A stretch of DNA of 53,946 bases, filler included, from Sluysia triapertura (taxonomy: Eukaryota): the NCBI GenBank assembly GCA_046118255.1. It is 4 parts of 4 records of this genome, joined end to end, with 100 filler letters (N's around TTAATTAATTAA, not from the genome) between each part and the next. Parts side by side here need not be neighbours in the genome. Positions count along the whole stretch, not along the records: positions 1 to 15,592 come from JBJNIA010223907.1; positions 15,693 to 26,490 come from JBJNIA010193316.1; 2 more parts are not named here. One strand, written 5' to 3'. The notes beneath the pieces are model-generated. The model did not search any database, was not told where the DNA came from, and was given only the letters and a program-made list of their open reading frames with translations. The translations under genes were made by a program, and so were the position numbers. This document shows, piece by piece, positions 12,831-26,590 of this stretch; the stretch's first letter is position 1; the number at the start of each line of letters is the position of its first letter.

Positions 12831-13761
12831 GCGCAGACAGTGTAGTAAAGCTATTATCAGTAATGACAGTGAATGGTATGTAAAAATTGATACTGTCATT
12901 GCTACTAAATACGATTAACGAACTTAAAATAATTGATTTGTGAATTAAAATAATAATAATCATAATAAATGATAATAATAACAAATTATAGAAAATATAA
13001 AAACGCATAAATCTTTTTCTTTTTATACACGAACTTTCTGTTGAATTAACATCTTTTCTTTACATATTAATCTTTTGCTATAAGTATGAATGTTATTGTG
13101 AAATGTGATTAAAATATGGCTTTGAAATGTTTTGAGTTGAATTTGAGATGTAAATTTGATAGTTTGAGATGTAATTATGATTTTTAATGTTATTAAATAA
13201 TGTGTAAAAATGTTTTAGCTGAGTTTAAAAATGTGGATTGATAGTTTTAACTGAAGATAGATTATTTAGGAGTTCTATGCTTTTGATGTAGTTTCCTATG
13301 AAAAATCCACAATCACAATTGGTTTCAACAATTTAAGAGTCCGACAAGATTTGAATATTAAATAAATTATAGCATTCAAAATGCGATTTATCTAAAATAA
13401 ATGGTCAATCGTTAAGGAATTCAATTTGTAGATTATTGTTGAACTTTTAGCCTCAACTAGGTCAATTTGAAATAAAGAATTTGAGTCCTTTTTTAAACTA
13501 GGACGAAAAATGAGATTTTATCGTCATAATTTATTCTCTATTTATTTTATATAATCGTCTAAATCGTCTAAATATAATCTTCAAACACAATGTATTTTTT
13601 ACAAAAAATTCTATTTAAACAAAACTAATAAGGAATAATAATAATATATTAATTTATATTGTGATCATATATACTGCAAAGTACGTACTCAAAGGCGTTT
13701 AAAGTAAATCATTCACCATAATATTTCTGAAACAGAAAGAACTTTGCCTTTTTCTTAAATA

Positions 13762-14750
13762 CAGTCAACCCTCACTAATCCAAAAATTAGAAATCGATTT
13801 CCTTTCTGATTGTGAATTAATTCGGATAATGATGGAATTTAAAATCTATATGATCGCCAGATTAATGATGAAATTATTAAGAACGTTTTTTGTAGAGTTT
13901 TCTTTTGAATGAATTTCTGCAAATCATATTTGACTTCTTTTAAATTTTTTTAAATTCTTTTAAACTTGATTTGATGACAATTTCAATTGCATGGAATAAA
14001 TTTCTTGGATTATGTTGTAACTGTCATCGACCTGACCATCTTCAGAAATAAGGATAACATCTTCAACAGAGTATCCTTCCTGACACAGTGCAATGATTTC
14101 ATCATCATCAATGACTTCCTCTGTTTGAATTATATCATCTTCAACCATTATTTGGTCAAGCTCATACTTGTGTGTCTCAAGAACGGGATCTGATGACAAG
14201 TTTTCTTCAGCATAAGATCCGTGAGACCTGGAATAAACGCAACTTTGTTGAAACAATTTTTGATGGTTTTTTCTTTCACATCTTTCCAAGCTTCATGGAG
14301 TATCAATGTGGCTTTCTTAAATTAACAACAAAGACTTTTGTTTGATCAAGCGAGTTCATATAATAATGCTTTAAATTTTTTATTATACCTGCATCCATGG
14401 GTTGACAATGAGCAGTTGAGTTCTTCAGAAGCATTATAACTTCAATGTTCCGAAAACATTTCTTCAATCTATGACTTGGAGCGTTATCAAGAAGTATATC
14501 AAATTTCTTTTTGTATTTTCTCAGTTCATCATCAAGATGTTGCATAAAACGATTAAACAAATCGGTGGTCATCCATGCTTTCGAATTTGTGTGGTAATTA
14601 CAGTATCTTTCAACATTAAATCCTTTAAAACATCTTGGTTTCTTGCTGTCCAATAACAAAGGGCGTAATTTTAATTGATCCACTAGCAGTTGAACATAAA
14701 GCTACGGTTATTCTAACTTTAGATTGTTTTATGCCTTTTCTTTCGCTTTA
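13762..14750 (-). mobile_element. pogo/Tigger-type DNA transposon remnant (DDE_1 transposase, frameshifted, 5'-truncated)
   Basis: Motifs KQSKVRITV, SKKPRCFK, NSKAWMT, LLDNAPSH and QPMDAGII, an acidic C-terminal tail (13960-14289), and a terminal TA|CAGTCAACCCTCACTAATCC at 13760. Confidence 0.9.
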
Positions 14751-14820
14751 TGAAAACCTTCCATTTTTTATTTAATAACATATCTTTCCATGTTGATGAA
14801 TTTGTATGAATTAATATGCG

Positions 14821-14908
14821 TGAATCCACCTACGATCCTAGACTTACTACTTAAGACTAGTCAGTAGGACTTTAAGGAGAATAGTAATGTAGGTCTACTG
14901 GAGGTTAA
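14821..14908 (+). repeat. Dispersed ~80-90 nt hairpin-forming repeat, copy 1
   Basis: TGAATCCACCTACG..TAGACTTAC..GACTAG..GTAGGA..GGAGGTT; homologous to 15331-15405, 22820-22885 and 46745-46824. Confidence 0.65.
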
Positions 14909-15330
14909 TTTTAGTTTTCAATAATTTGCATTAATGTTTAATAATAGTTATTACCGAAGTTCGCAACAAACTTAATCCTTAATAACATATCTTATCGTTG
15001 TTTACACCGAATTCAATATGAATCTTTTAAATAGTATATTATCGTAAATAAATTTCTATCATATACAATATAAGTTATTCAAGGAGATTTTACACAAGAT
15101 TCTTCTTAAGTATGATCAACAAATTTGGTATGTTACGAAAACCGATGTGAAAAATTCGGTTCACAGAACTTTTTGTAAGGTTTATTTAGATAATTTGAAA
15201 CTATAAAAATTACGAAACGATCTCTTTTAAATAAAATCAAATTAATTGGTCAGTAATCTTCAAATTAAAATTAATATAAAATATATATATTGCAAGATTT
15301 GGGTGTGAGAATAAAACTTAAAAAATTATG

Positions 15331-15405
15331 TGAGTCCACCAACGTATTGGGCTTACAAACCTAATGGCCAACCGTTGGATTTTTTAGATTAAAAATGGAG
15401 GTTAA
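15331..15405 (+). repeat. Dispersed hairpin-forming repeat, copy 2
   Basis: TGAGTCCACCAACG..TGGGCTTAC..GGCCAA.CGTTGGATTTTTTAG..GGAGGTT. Confidence 0.7.
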
Positions 15406-15592
15406 TAATTTAATAATTTAATAGTTTAATAAATTCAATATTTTAAGGGGCTATTTATGATTTTAATAATTTTAATGATTTTTCTTAGGTTTGAATATAC
15501 AAACCTTTTTTCAAAAATTGGATAATTTACTAAGGTTCAGTATAAATGAACCTGTTAAATATTTTGCTTAGATTCTCAAAGGAACCTGATCA

Positions 15593-15692
15593 NNNNNNNN
15601 NNNNNNNNNNNNNNNNNNNNNNNNNNNNNNNNNNNNTTAATTAATTAANNNNNNNNNNNNNNNNNNNNNNNNNNNNNNNNNNNNNNNNNNNN
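15593..15692. other. Artificial contig spacer (44 N + TTAATTAATTAA + 44 N)
   Basis: Exactly 100 nt with a six-frame stop linker; occurs identically three times. Confidence 0.97.
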
Positions 15693-15713
15693 TATTATTA
15701 CTATTACTATTAC

Positions 15714-15771
<58 letters not shown>

Positions 15772-16224
15772 ATCACAACTAACAGTTTTGGTTAATTTTT
15801 TATTGGACGCTTTTAATTTATGCCGCCGAGTTTCATCATCTGAAGCACTTCCTAATCTTGATCTAGTCGTTGTTTTCTTTTTCTTATTTATCCAATCTTT
15901 GGGCTCCAACATATTATAATAATCATCATCGTCATCGTCATCGTCATCATCATCTGCAAGATTTAATGTTGTTGTATAAAAAACAGAATTTTTCATATAA
16001 ATTGGATTATTTAATGATTTCTGTTCTAACTGAGACGATGATCCGCCAAAATTACTATTTGACAAATTGTCTTGTATATGATGATTTTGGTCACTTGCAC
16101 TAATTACACTGGAAGTTTTTGTTTCTGTACTTGGAACAGTATGATCTTGAATTTTACGAAGTTTAATCAGGGAAGTGTTGCGAACAGAATCTGTAAATCG
16201 ATCTTTCCATTCTCGCAAACGCAC
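15693..16224 (-). CDS. Exon of an unidentified gene, low-complexity (poly-D, poly-N), cut by the contig end
   Basis: Acceptor tttag|GTG, phase 0, open for over 170 codons; phase-compatible with the donor at 26143. Confidence 0.65.
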
Positions 16225-18857
16225 CTAAATTTATAAAATTTTTAAAGGATATTTTTTAATGAAAAATTATTATTGTAGATCAATAAAATTAATGTTTTTA
16301 ATTAGGGTTTTATTGATATGATCGATAAGAAACTAAACTTAGCGGAAGTATTGTTCTCCACACAGAAGAATTTAGTACAAAAAAAGAATGCAATATTTTG
16401 TAAATATTCAATTCGACTAAAGAACAGAAATTTATAAAAATAAAATTTCAACTATTAAAAGGTTCATTAAAAATATAGCTTTACCACGTCACTATACAAA
16501 ATAACTTTTTATGTTTTGAGTAGTTAGCACATGTTTTTTGTACATAATGCTCATTTTTCATTTTAAAAATAATTGTTAAAATATAAAATTAAACATAATA
16601 TTTATTTTGTAAATAAATAAAATCATTTTAAATAAAATTACAAAGATTATAATGCTTTAGTATTAATTTAAAATGAGATTGCGTGTAGTTAATTAAAAAT
16701 TTAATAATAAATGACAATCAAATTTAAAGTGAAAATGTAGAAATAATTATTTTAAAGTGAGATTCAATAAAGACAATATGAAATTAAAGTTTATAAACAT
16801 AAAACTGTACTAGTATAATTAATAAATTCATTAAAACTAAGAATCAATATCAGTAATATGAAATCAAACTTTAAGAACATAAATCCGATCAAAATTATCT
16901 TAAAAACATGACTGAGGATATCATAATACGCAAGATAAATTATATTAAATTCAGAGTGAATAGAATTATTGTGTAATTAAAAATAAATAACATTATTCTC
17001 GATCAAAATTTAAAAGCATTATAATCGAATAAATCATATTAAATTGAGATTACATAGAAACAGTATGTAATTAAAAAATTATTTTCGGCTATTTTTCTGA
17101 ACTATTATAATTTATAATTGAAAGTATTATAAGTTTTTGTAAATTATTTGGATTATATATAATAAATTTGATTGAATGGAAAAGTAATATAAAAGGAAAA
17201 GGAAGTAGCACAAAAAATAAGAATAACTATGCAATATCAAAGCAATCGCTAAGCTACAGATTCTCGAACCATTGGTAACCATTATTTTCTTTCGTGAACA
17301 TAATCGTTTTAATGATCATTTTGAAGACAAGAAAGCTCAAAAGTAAGAATTATTACTAGTCGAGAATGATAATAAAATCGAAATTAAAATTTTATTTATA
17401 AATTATAATTAAAATAAAAGAGAGATTTTGTAACAAGAATTATTTTCATTTATAATTTACTTAATAAATAACTGTTATAATTATTTTTTGCTTGCTGTTA
17501 TTTTCGTACTAAATATCTGAATTTTGAATTGAGTAATTACCAATAAAATTTGATCAAAGTTTAGGATTTACATTGACTAAAGTTTGTGCAAAATAACTAA
17601 GTGAATTCAGTAATATAAAATAAAAGAAAATTTGTAAATTGTGAGATTTAAAATAACTAAATTATAAAGAATTAAAAAATCTGATTAAGAACTTCCTTTT
17701 CAGACAATCGAAACGAGTATACGAATTCACGCCTCTAGATAAGGCGAATTTAAAGTACAAATAATACTTATAATACTTATAAAAGTTTAAACTTTCAGTT
17801 GAAAGCAGGTAGTAATATAAGTTGAAAATATCAGTAAAAAGGTTAAGTTAAGACTATTACAAAGACTAAGAGTTAAGAATTTATTATAAAGCCATTCAAA
17901 AACATTAAAAAGCATAACACTAACATTTTGTAATTTTTATGTCAAAGAGTTTTAAATTTTTATGTTCATAAAGAATTATACCTTTAGTTAAATACTAAGA
18001 AAGAGTATTAATAGAAAAACTTAGAAATTTAGTTTATTAACAGAAGCTAAGAATTCATTGCAAACATATAAAATATAAATAGAATTAAGACAATGCTATA
18101 AAGTATAACTTAATTTTTTTAATTTTTACACATATCAAGTCAAAAGTATTCTATACTTTCTGAAATATTTAAAGCATTTCACATCATAGATCAATATATC
18201 TGTGATGTCCAAATGGAAAACAAGTTTAAATTTACTTTTTTCTGGGAACATTTTGATTTTTAATAAATGAAGTTTTCGCAAACTTCATTTAATGACTTAA
18301 GAAATAAGAAACCTGAATACTTACTTAACACTTGCACTACTAAACAAGAGACAAGTTAAGATGGCTCACGGCAAAACATATTTCAAAGTCCTAGTTTATA
18401 TAAATGTCGCAATTCTGAAGAATTTTTAATTATAAGGGAGACAATAGTCAAATAGAAGTAAGAAAGTTTTAAATAATAAACTTATAAATATTTAATTCAT
18501 AATTAATTATATTATATATTATAATTTTGGTATCATAATTTAATTTCATGAGTTGTCATTCACCGAGTTTATTAGTGTAAAAGCATGATATAATAATAAT
18601 AATTTAAATAATAAAATTTTAAATTAATAAGATTAATTAGTACAGCAATAAATTTGTATGAAAAATGATATATTAAATATTATAAAAAATTAATATTTTA
18701 GAAATTTTTATGACGGTAATAAAAATATTTTATTTGCGTTTGGTAATAAAAAATATAAATATTTGTGATAAAGCTATTTTAATATCGTACCTGCCAATAT
18801 ATAAAAGGTAATAAATATTATCTAGTAACTCAATAAATACTTTTAAAGAAAACTTAC

Positions 18858-19039
18858 GTACTCATAATCATTGAATTCCACAGATAAAAAGACAAATTTA
18901 GTTTCAATCGCTGGTCACGCATTTATCAAACGGATTTTAGGATCTAACAAAACTACCGATTGAGGAACATCATTAAATCTCAATACAATTTAACCATTCC
19001 ATTTTTGATTTTGTAAGTTCATCATTTGTAAGCTTTTCC
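18858..19039 (-). pseudogene. Decayed exon-like segment
   Basis: Bounded by ttag| and |gtaagt, but with stops in all frames; protein-like fragments EKLTNDELTKSKMEWLNCIEI and VLRFNDVPQSVVLLDPKIRL. Confidence 0.3.
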
Positions 19040-20601
19040 CTAATTTAAGATTAGGGACAAAATCCTACTCATAATATTTAAATTTTGTGCTAACTCATTT
19101 CACAATCTATAACTTTGAAATATTAAGTATTTATCTTAATACTATATTATTATTATTATTATTATTAACAATAGTGTTTATGATGCAAAATATAATGTAC
19201 ATTTTATCGTTTATTTATTTGTCTAAGTATCTTGAGTTTAATAACGGTAACATTAAAGAATTAAGTGGTTACGTGGAAAAATAGCAGGATGTATTGACTT
19301 TTCAAAAATAATAACTCGTTAATAATACATTAGATGAAGTAAACATATTTAAATTAACTTGGAAGATAATCAATAGAATACAATCTACATAGATTCATCA
19401 GTTAACAAAATTGAAAAAGATTAATATTAAAGAGATTCCACGCAGACCTCACAAGTAAAATACAAAACCTTCGTAATGTTGTTTCTAAGAAACTTAATTT
19501 TAGATTATAAGTGCACCCAAAGTATATTTTATTTCGTAAGAGAAAAATCTTACATTAGTAATTGTTTTTTAATGATTGTTTTTTTGCGTGAGAATTAAGT
19601 GTGGTGGATTCTTAATTATTTTCTCAACATTATTCAACATTATTTTCTCAAAAAGTATTTAAAAAATTAATACAAACAGTTAAAAGTCATTTTAAAAAAT
19701 TTACAAACTTGATCTATCGTGGAAGAATATTGATCATTTGCACAATCCAAAATCCACATACTTATTTTTCGGATTCCCTTATTTTTGTGTAACCGTTAGT
19801 TTCTAAGTTTTTAAGTTTGAGTACCATTTAAACGTACTAATAATCTTTAACTTAAAATGTGTTAATCATAATTTTTCAAAGCAACATTTTAAAATAGTTC
19901 TAATTTTTATCTTAAATTTTGAATTCATTTGATTATTAACGAAATATTTGATAATCAAGTAAAGTATATTATCTATATGTGACTATTATTACTATTACTA
20001 TTATTATTATCAATAAGCTTGGTATTATGTTTATTATTATTGATGGAATCTTTAAGATTTTCGGGATTGTAAACGCCAGTGACGCCCGAAATGGAGCTTG
20101 TTGAAAGTTGGTATGATATAAAGTAGTACCATAAGTTATACTATTTTGAATTAAGGATGAAATATTAGCAATATTGTTCTTAAATTCATCACTTTTGGTA
20201 CAAATTTTGGCACTGTCGAGTAACAAAATTATTGCCTCTGTCATCAAAATGGTGAGACTTTCTATTTTTTCGAAAAATTCTGATTATTTACTATTTAATA
20301 TATTTTTATTGTATTATAAACTTTTTTTTGTAACATATATGAAGAACTCAATATTGATATTTTTATAAAAATTTTTATTTAATTTAAAAAAGATTTTACC
20401 AATTAAAGGGTTGTTTCCGTGAATATCATTTGATCTATTACCACAAATACCACCTGTGAGCAAAATATAAACATAAAAACATTCAATTTATGTAAAATTT
20501 TATCCTCTGGCACCATTGTAATGGTTGATATATTATTATATTAATATTATCAAATATTCGAAGTGATAATTGAAATTGAAAATGGATTTAAGGTCCTTAC
20601 A

Positions 20602-21890
20602 CTAATTAGGTTTGAAAGTATTTACGTGAATAAACTTTATTACGATATCATAAAAATCTATTACAGTCCAATTAGGAAAATTTATTAAAATTTTAACAAG
20701 AACCTTTATTAACAAATAAATAAAATAACTAGATTTTACAACATTAAGATCATATGTTGAATATAAAAGATCACAAAAAGGCTTACGTTTAAAATGTTGT
20801 AGTCTTTTAGGTGAAATTCGAAATTCAATCAGTGAAACAAAAACTCCCGAATCATGAGAATTTTGAATTTTCAGTCTATATTTGTAGGGATTGCATGTAT
20901 AATGTGAACTCGAGCATAAAGTATTTAAATACAAACTTCTAGAATTAATTTTCTAAATGTTTTCCGATATTATTTTGACTTTTTCTTCCATGATAGTTAA
21001 TCCCTCTTTAACATCAACATAGTGCGTTGAGGTAAGCTTCAAGTTGCTGTTCGAGACGTTGCATTCATCTGTTGAAAACACACCCAAGTTATACGCAATA
21101 GAGTTTTTGAATTCAATTAAATCATTTAATAGTTTTTCAACAATTAGAACGTGTATCCATGAAATAACTAAGTTGCACCAATTCCAAACTTCATCTTTGC
21201 CATTTTTTGAATGAAACTCGGAACGTACCATAATCTAACTAATTTATTCAATAAGTGAAATATTCCTATGACGTTAACCATCACAGAAAAAGCACATTTT
21301 ATATCTACATATTGAAATTCATCATAATTCAACTTTGAGTCCAAGTTTTCAGTCATCCTTGGACTTCTGATTCTAAATGCCACGGCTTGAATAAATTTTT
21401 TTTGCATTTTTCTACGATACATTTCTTATTTTCTTTAGTTTGCTCGCCGCATTTTTTGCATAAATAATGATCACATACGACCACATAGTGATAATTGATT
21501 TCATCTTTACATTCGTGGCAAAAGTGCATTGTTTGTACATAGATTTTTCTTTTAAAAGTGATCTCTTTATTCCATATTACGATATCATCTGCATGCATTA
21601 TAAAGCTTTTTAAAATTGCTCAACTTATTCAATATATTCTTTTTAAATTATTTAAATTATTTTCTTTTAATATATTCCAAAAACATAAACTTGAAAATCC
21701 TGCAATAGATCTTTGAGCTTGTTTGTTTTCTGGGTTTATTTTTAGTACCTTAAACATGCAAAAACATATTTTTTCACTTCATAAAATCAGATCGCATCAT
21801 AAATCCCGATTCTTTTCTATACAAGGCTTTTTCATTTTGGCTCTCTAATTCTAACACCTTATCACATTGTTCTAACAATTTGATCGATAG
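20602..21890 (-). pseudogene. Decayed chimeric ORF: FKBP4/5-type TPR fragment, then a C3HC4 RING finger, then unknown sequence
   Basis: EQCDKVLELESQNEKALYRK...DF...VLKINPENKQAQRSIA (21700-21885, one stop plus a frameshift); CHEC...CDHYLCKKC......CIVEKC (21400-21530); further frameshifted ORFs down to 20602. Confidence 0.65.
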
Positions 21891-22819
21891 ACATTTAAAA
21901 TATAAGGAAATAGAAACAAAAAAGGTAACATACAACAAGCGGAAAATTAAATAAAAACAGTACATTTTTTACCCTGTTTTGCTTTACACTTAATCTATAA
22001 GCAACATACGTAAATTAGAAAAAGAGAATGTGGTGAAAGTGATGCTGAGATGGAATAGAAAAAGCGATATCCATGGAACTAATTGTGATATTGGCATGAT
22101 AGATTGTGGTAGTTTAAAAGGTGATTTTATTTTAAGTTTCGTGAATGTTGTGATATGAGATGAGGTTACGAAATGTTAAAAATGTTAATAGGTGACAACA
22201 AAAACGTACACGAATGGGACTTTATTCCATTGACCTGTACATTTAACTTGATATTCCACCGTTTAATTTTAATCATTTTTATGAATAAATTTAATAATTT
22301 TTGTATAAAGTATAATATTTTTCAATTGTATTAACTAATAAATAACATTATTAATTGTATTTAATTAGCTAATAAATGTTAACTAATAAATTTTAACTAT
22401 TCGCAAAATCTATTTAAAATTATCAATTATTCCTATTTTTTGTTGATAATACGTAATTCCAATAGGACTTAATTAATCCACTACATTGTTGTTTAATAAT
22501 AGTTAAATTACATAGTTTCAAAAAACTCTAAAATAAATAATTCTTTTTAAAAAAACTGAATTTTCAACTCGGTAGTAAAATATTTATTTTAGCAGATCCT
22601 CTTTAAATAGGATCGTACATAAAATCATTAATACTAATCTCACTTTATAAGCAGAAGATAAATCCTAAGCATTAATTAATTAATCCTTAAATCCATTAAC
22701 ATATAAGTATTAATTTTTGTCGATAGAATCTTAATAATTTATAGCGTCATTATTAAACATAATCATTACAATAATAAATATTCGTGTTACTATTGTGTTC
22801 TATTACTTTAACTGACTAT

Positions 22820-22885
22820 TAAACTTCTAATTAACTTACTTAAATCCTGTGGACTAGCCCTTAAGTGTGTAAGCCTAAGATCGCT
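22820..22885 (-). repeat. Dispersed hairpin-forming repeat, copy 3 (5'-truncated)
   Basis: Reverse complement CGATCTTAGGCTTACACACTTAAGGGCTAGTCCACAGGATTT aligns with copy 1. Confidence 0.6.
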
Positions 22886-25800
22886 TCATTATGTTTGGCT
22901 ATTAATAATTTATCATATAATAAAAAAATTAATATTTTAAAATAAGTCAAGAGCTCATATTTTCAAGAAAAAATATATAAATCATAAAATGGGAAATAAA
23001 TATTTCAAGAATATATTTAAACTTAGAAGAAGTAAAAGATATTGAAAATAAAAGCAATAAGAATGACGAATGGAGCATGACACACTTAATTAACCAGAAA
23101 ATGAGTTACACTGATCACTAATAATTAACAGTAACAGCAAACTAACAAAGCGGATGTAAATATTATCTGAATTATAATACAGAGTGGGATCGAATATTAC
23201 AAAAATACATAAAACGAAACCATATGAGTGTAATTTCATTTTAGACAGCGAAACGAATTACAAAAAAAAATTGATTATTGTAGACACTATTAAAGAGTAG
23301 GATTAAGAAAATTTTATAATTTTTAATAAATATATAAACAAGAAGTGATTAGTGAAATTATTTATGCTAAGATTCTCATTAATTATCATTAATAAAAACC
23401 AACAAAATTTCTGTTCACATTGAAAATTAGTACAATTTGGATAATTAATTTTAGTAACTAAATTTAGAAAACAATTTATTGATCATGGAAAATTAACTAA
23501 TCATAGAAGATTTATTACTTCAAAAAGTATTCTATTTATTTACTATAACAAAAAGAAAAATTAAATTATAACCAAACAAAAAAATGGTCTTATATTCAAA
23601 ATTAAATTTTAATTGAAATTTCGACTTTAGAATAGATTTTTAGTTAATTAAATCTTGATTTTCAGAATTCTAAGATAATTTATATTAAGGTTTAAAAGAT
23701 ATATGATACTAAGATTTCACATTTTAAAGAAATTAATTGTGGTGGTTCAACCTTTTTATTTAAAATATTATGCATAAATAAGACCAACAAACATCCCTCA
23801 TTCAATCACAACTAAGTACTTCAACACAAAATCTTCAAACTTTAAAATAAGTAGTAAATTACAAATTAACATTGCAACGAAATTATTGAATTCAAATCAT
23901 TTTATAAACTGCCAAATTTATTGGGAATAAATCACGGAAAACGTGGTAAACATTTTTTATCCCAATAGGAAAAAAGTCCGGACGAGTGCTTGAATTTAGT
24001 GACTATTCCAAGTAGGTAGTTCCTTTCTCTCCCCAGTAGACCTCGATCTGACGGACTCTGATTAACTATCAACTTTTATATGTGCATTCAATGCATTTTT
24101 ATGTGATTATACTTTATGATTTCTAGTAACACTTAATTCAGTGATTCTTATTTTATTTATAATTACTTTTGATTCGCGGACAAATCTTTCTATGCGGAGA
24201 AGTATTTATAAGAGTAAAGTAATAAATAAAATAACAAAATTAGTTATCAAAAAATATTTCAAATTTTTATATTATCAATTAATTCAAATTATTATATAAA
24301 TTAATTGAAATGCGAACATTACTATATGTTATATTAATTTGTTACCAGAAAAATATTATTTTGTTGATTTGGAAACGGTATGGAAAAATATACTTGAAAA
24401 TCTTCAGTAATAAAAATAACGATAATACCAAAATAAATGAAGCAAAGTTAATTGAAGGTGGCAAGACACTATATATAAGAAATATAGGTTGTTGTATGGA
24501 TTAAAAATGAACATGGAAAATATTAATTGTATTGTTAAAAAGGGTAAATATCAATTAAATAAGATAACATATATTCGAAAATTTATTAATCAATAAACAG
24601 CTAAACTTATTGTTCATTCATTGATAAGTAGCAACACAGATTTTAACAATGGTTTGTTGCACTCAATTTCATATAGAAAAGTGAAAAGATTACAATTAAT
24701 AATCAAGCAGCAAGACTAATTCTCCAAGATAGAAGAAGATCTCATGTAAAACTTTATCTTAAAGAAATACATTGGTTTCCAATAAGAGCAAGAATAGAAT
24801 TCAAAATCATGACAATAATTTGTTGGGATTGGTGAAGAATAACGTTATTTTTATTATTATTAACTAAATGTTATTTTTTATTAAATGTATTTAAAATATT
24901 TTGTATTAATTAATTAATTTTCTGCAGATGTTACTTTCTAAAAATACAAATAGTATATATAGATGTACAACATTTTTTGCATAACAATAATTTTATTTTT
25001 AATCTTTTATTCGCAGTATTTGAAGTTCAATTATTTTAAAGCAATAATTCACACATACAGAATATCAATTTGAATTTGGTGTTCAAGAATATCCTTTTTA
25101 CTTTTGGAGACAAGCTTGATTCTGTAAATTTGTTTTTGTAAGATTAAGTTTCTTTAAAAGTCATAATATACCCACTTAAATTTCATTGTGTTTTTTCTAG
25201 CTTAAGCTAGATATAAAATCTTTATCAATTCAAATAATCAAACAATAAAATTTAATCTTATTGGAACAATTTTATATTTATTATATAATTTTAATAATTT
25301 GCATACTACATTGTTTTATAATATTTTTTGTTTTTATCAAAAGAAATTAGATAAAATAATAGTAAGATAGATAAATAATTTTAGTAACACTATCAATAAC
25401 TCTTTTGTTTTTTAAAAGAAAGCTAAGATTCAGTACTAAAAACCGCAAGAATTTTGCATCAATGATAGTAAGTAAGAATAAGTCATTATATTAATAGTTA
25501 AAACAAAAGGGGCTACCGAAATAATTCATATAAAAACTTAACTAAAACCGATTAAATAGTTCGATTAAAACCGATTGAATAGATAAATGACCAAACCGTT
25601 AACATTTAAAACTTACGTCACTCAGATTTCCGGTTTAAATCTTAAACTGTAGGCTTAAGGAAAGTAAATAAAAGCATTGTTTATTGTACAAATGACGGTT
25701 ATGCGAAAAAGTAATGTTTTTAAACATAATATTAATATGTTCATCGAAACTCACAATTTTGTACTTTTTTTAGATATTAAAAACAACTCGTAGTGTTACA

Positions 25801-26143
25801 TTTAACGAAAAAATCGATAGAAATGTAACTTGGTCGTACTATGATCGTAGACAGTTATTGCATCATGTAATATTTTGAACGGTTGCAGATGTAAGCATCC
25901 ATTAGCGAGTTACCTTTTTTGTTTTAAAAAATTAAAATAATTAAAATAATTATTTTTTGACATAAAGCACAGCAACAGTTTATTTTATTAATAAATATAA
26001 TATTATATCATTACATTTAATTACAAAGATAAAGATTTCAATTTTCACTTTGAATCAATTATCCATATTGAAGTATATTCAGTTATCTTTCAAATGTCAC
26101 AGAAATATTACGATTAATTAAACAATAAAGCAATAAAACAAAC

Positions 26144-26433
26144 TTTTTCTTTAACATTTCGTAACCCTTGCTTAATAGTTTCGATTTTTGAATGTTGTTC
26201 TTCTTCGTCTGATAAATGCTGTGATCGAGAAGGACCAGTTGATATTCTTTGCTTAGTAATTGCTGTTCCAGATTCATATCCATCCTCCTCACACCCAAAT
26301 TCTTCGTCATCTTGCAAAAGCATAACATTTTCGTATAAAAAATTAATATTAATTGATATTTGGAGTTCAAATGGAATTGGTTCTGCTCGCAAACGATCTA
26401 ATTTTGTTAATTCTTCATATTCAACAGTATCAT
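26144..26433 (-). CDS. Exon of an unidentified gene (acidic, then basic helix); probably spliced to 16224
   Basis: ttaag| acceptor at 26435-26434; open frame DTVEYEELTKLDRLRAEPIP...KIETIKQGLRNVKEK|gtttgt with a phase 0 donor. Confidence 0.55.
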
Positions 26434-26439
26434 CTTAAA

Positions 26440-26490
<51 letters not shown>

Positions 26491-26590
26491 NNNNNNNNNN
26501 NNNNNNNNNNNNNNNNNNNNNNNNNNNNNNNNNNTTAATTAATTAANNNNNNNNNNNNNNNNNNNNNNNNNNNNNNNNNNNNNNNNNNNN
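26491..26590. other. Artificial contig spacer
   Basis: 44 N + TTAATTAATTAA + 44 N. Confidence 0.97.

Noticed and set aside
15637-15648. TTAATTAATTAA as a biological motif or piggyBac TTAA site
   Set aside because: It sits in the middle of three identical N spacers, so it is an assembly linker.
15693-16224. Upstream exon of the Wnt gene
   Set aside because: It is on a different contig and has no signal peptide or Wnt cysteine pattern.
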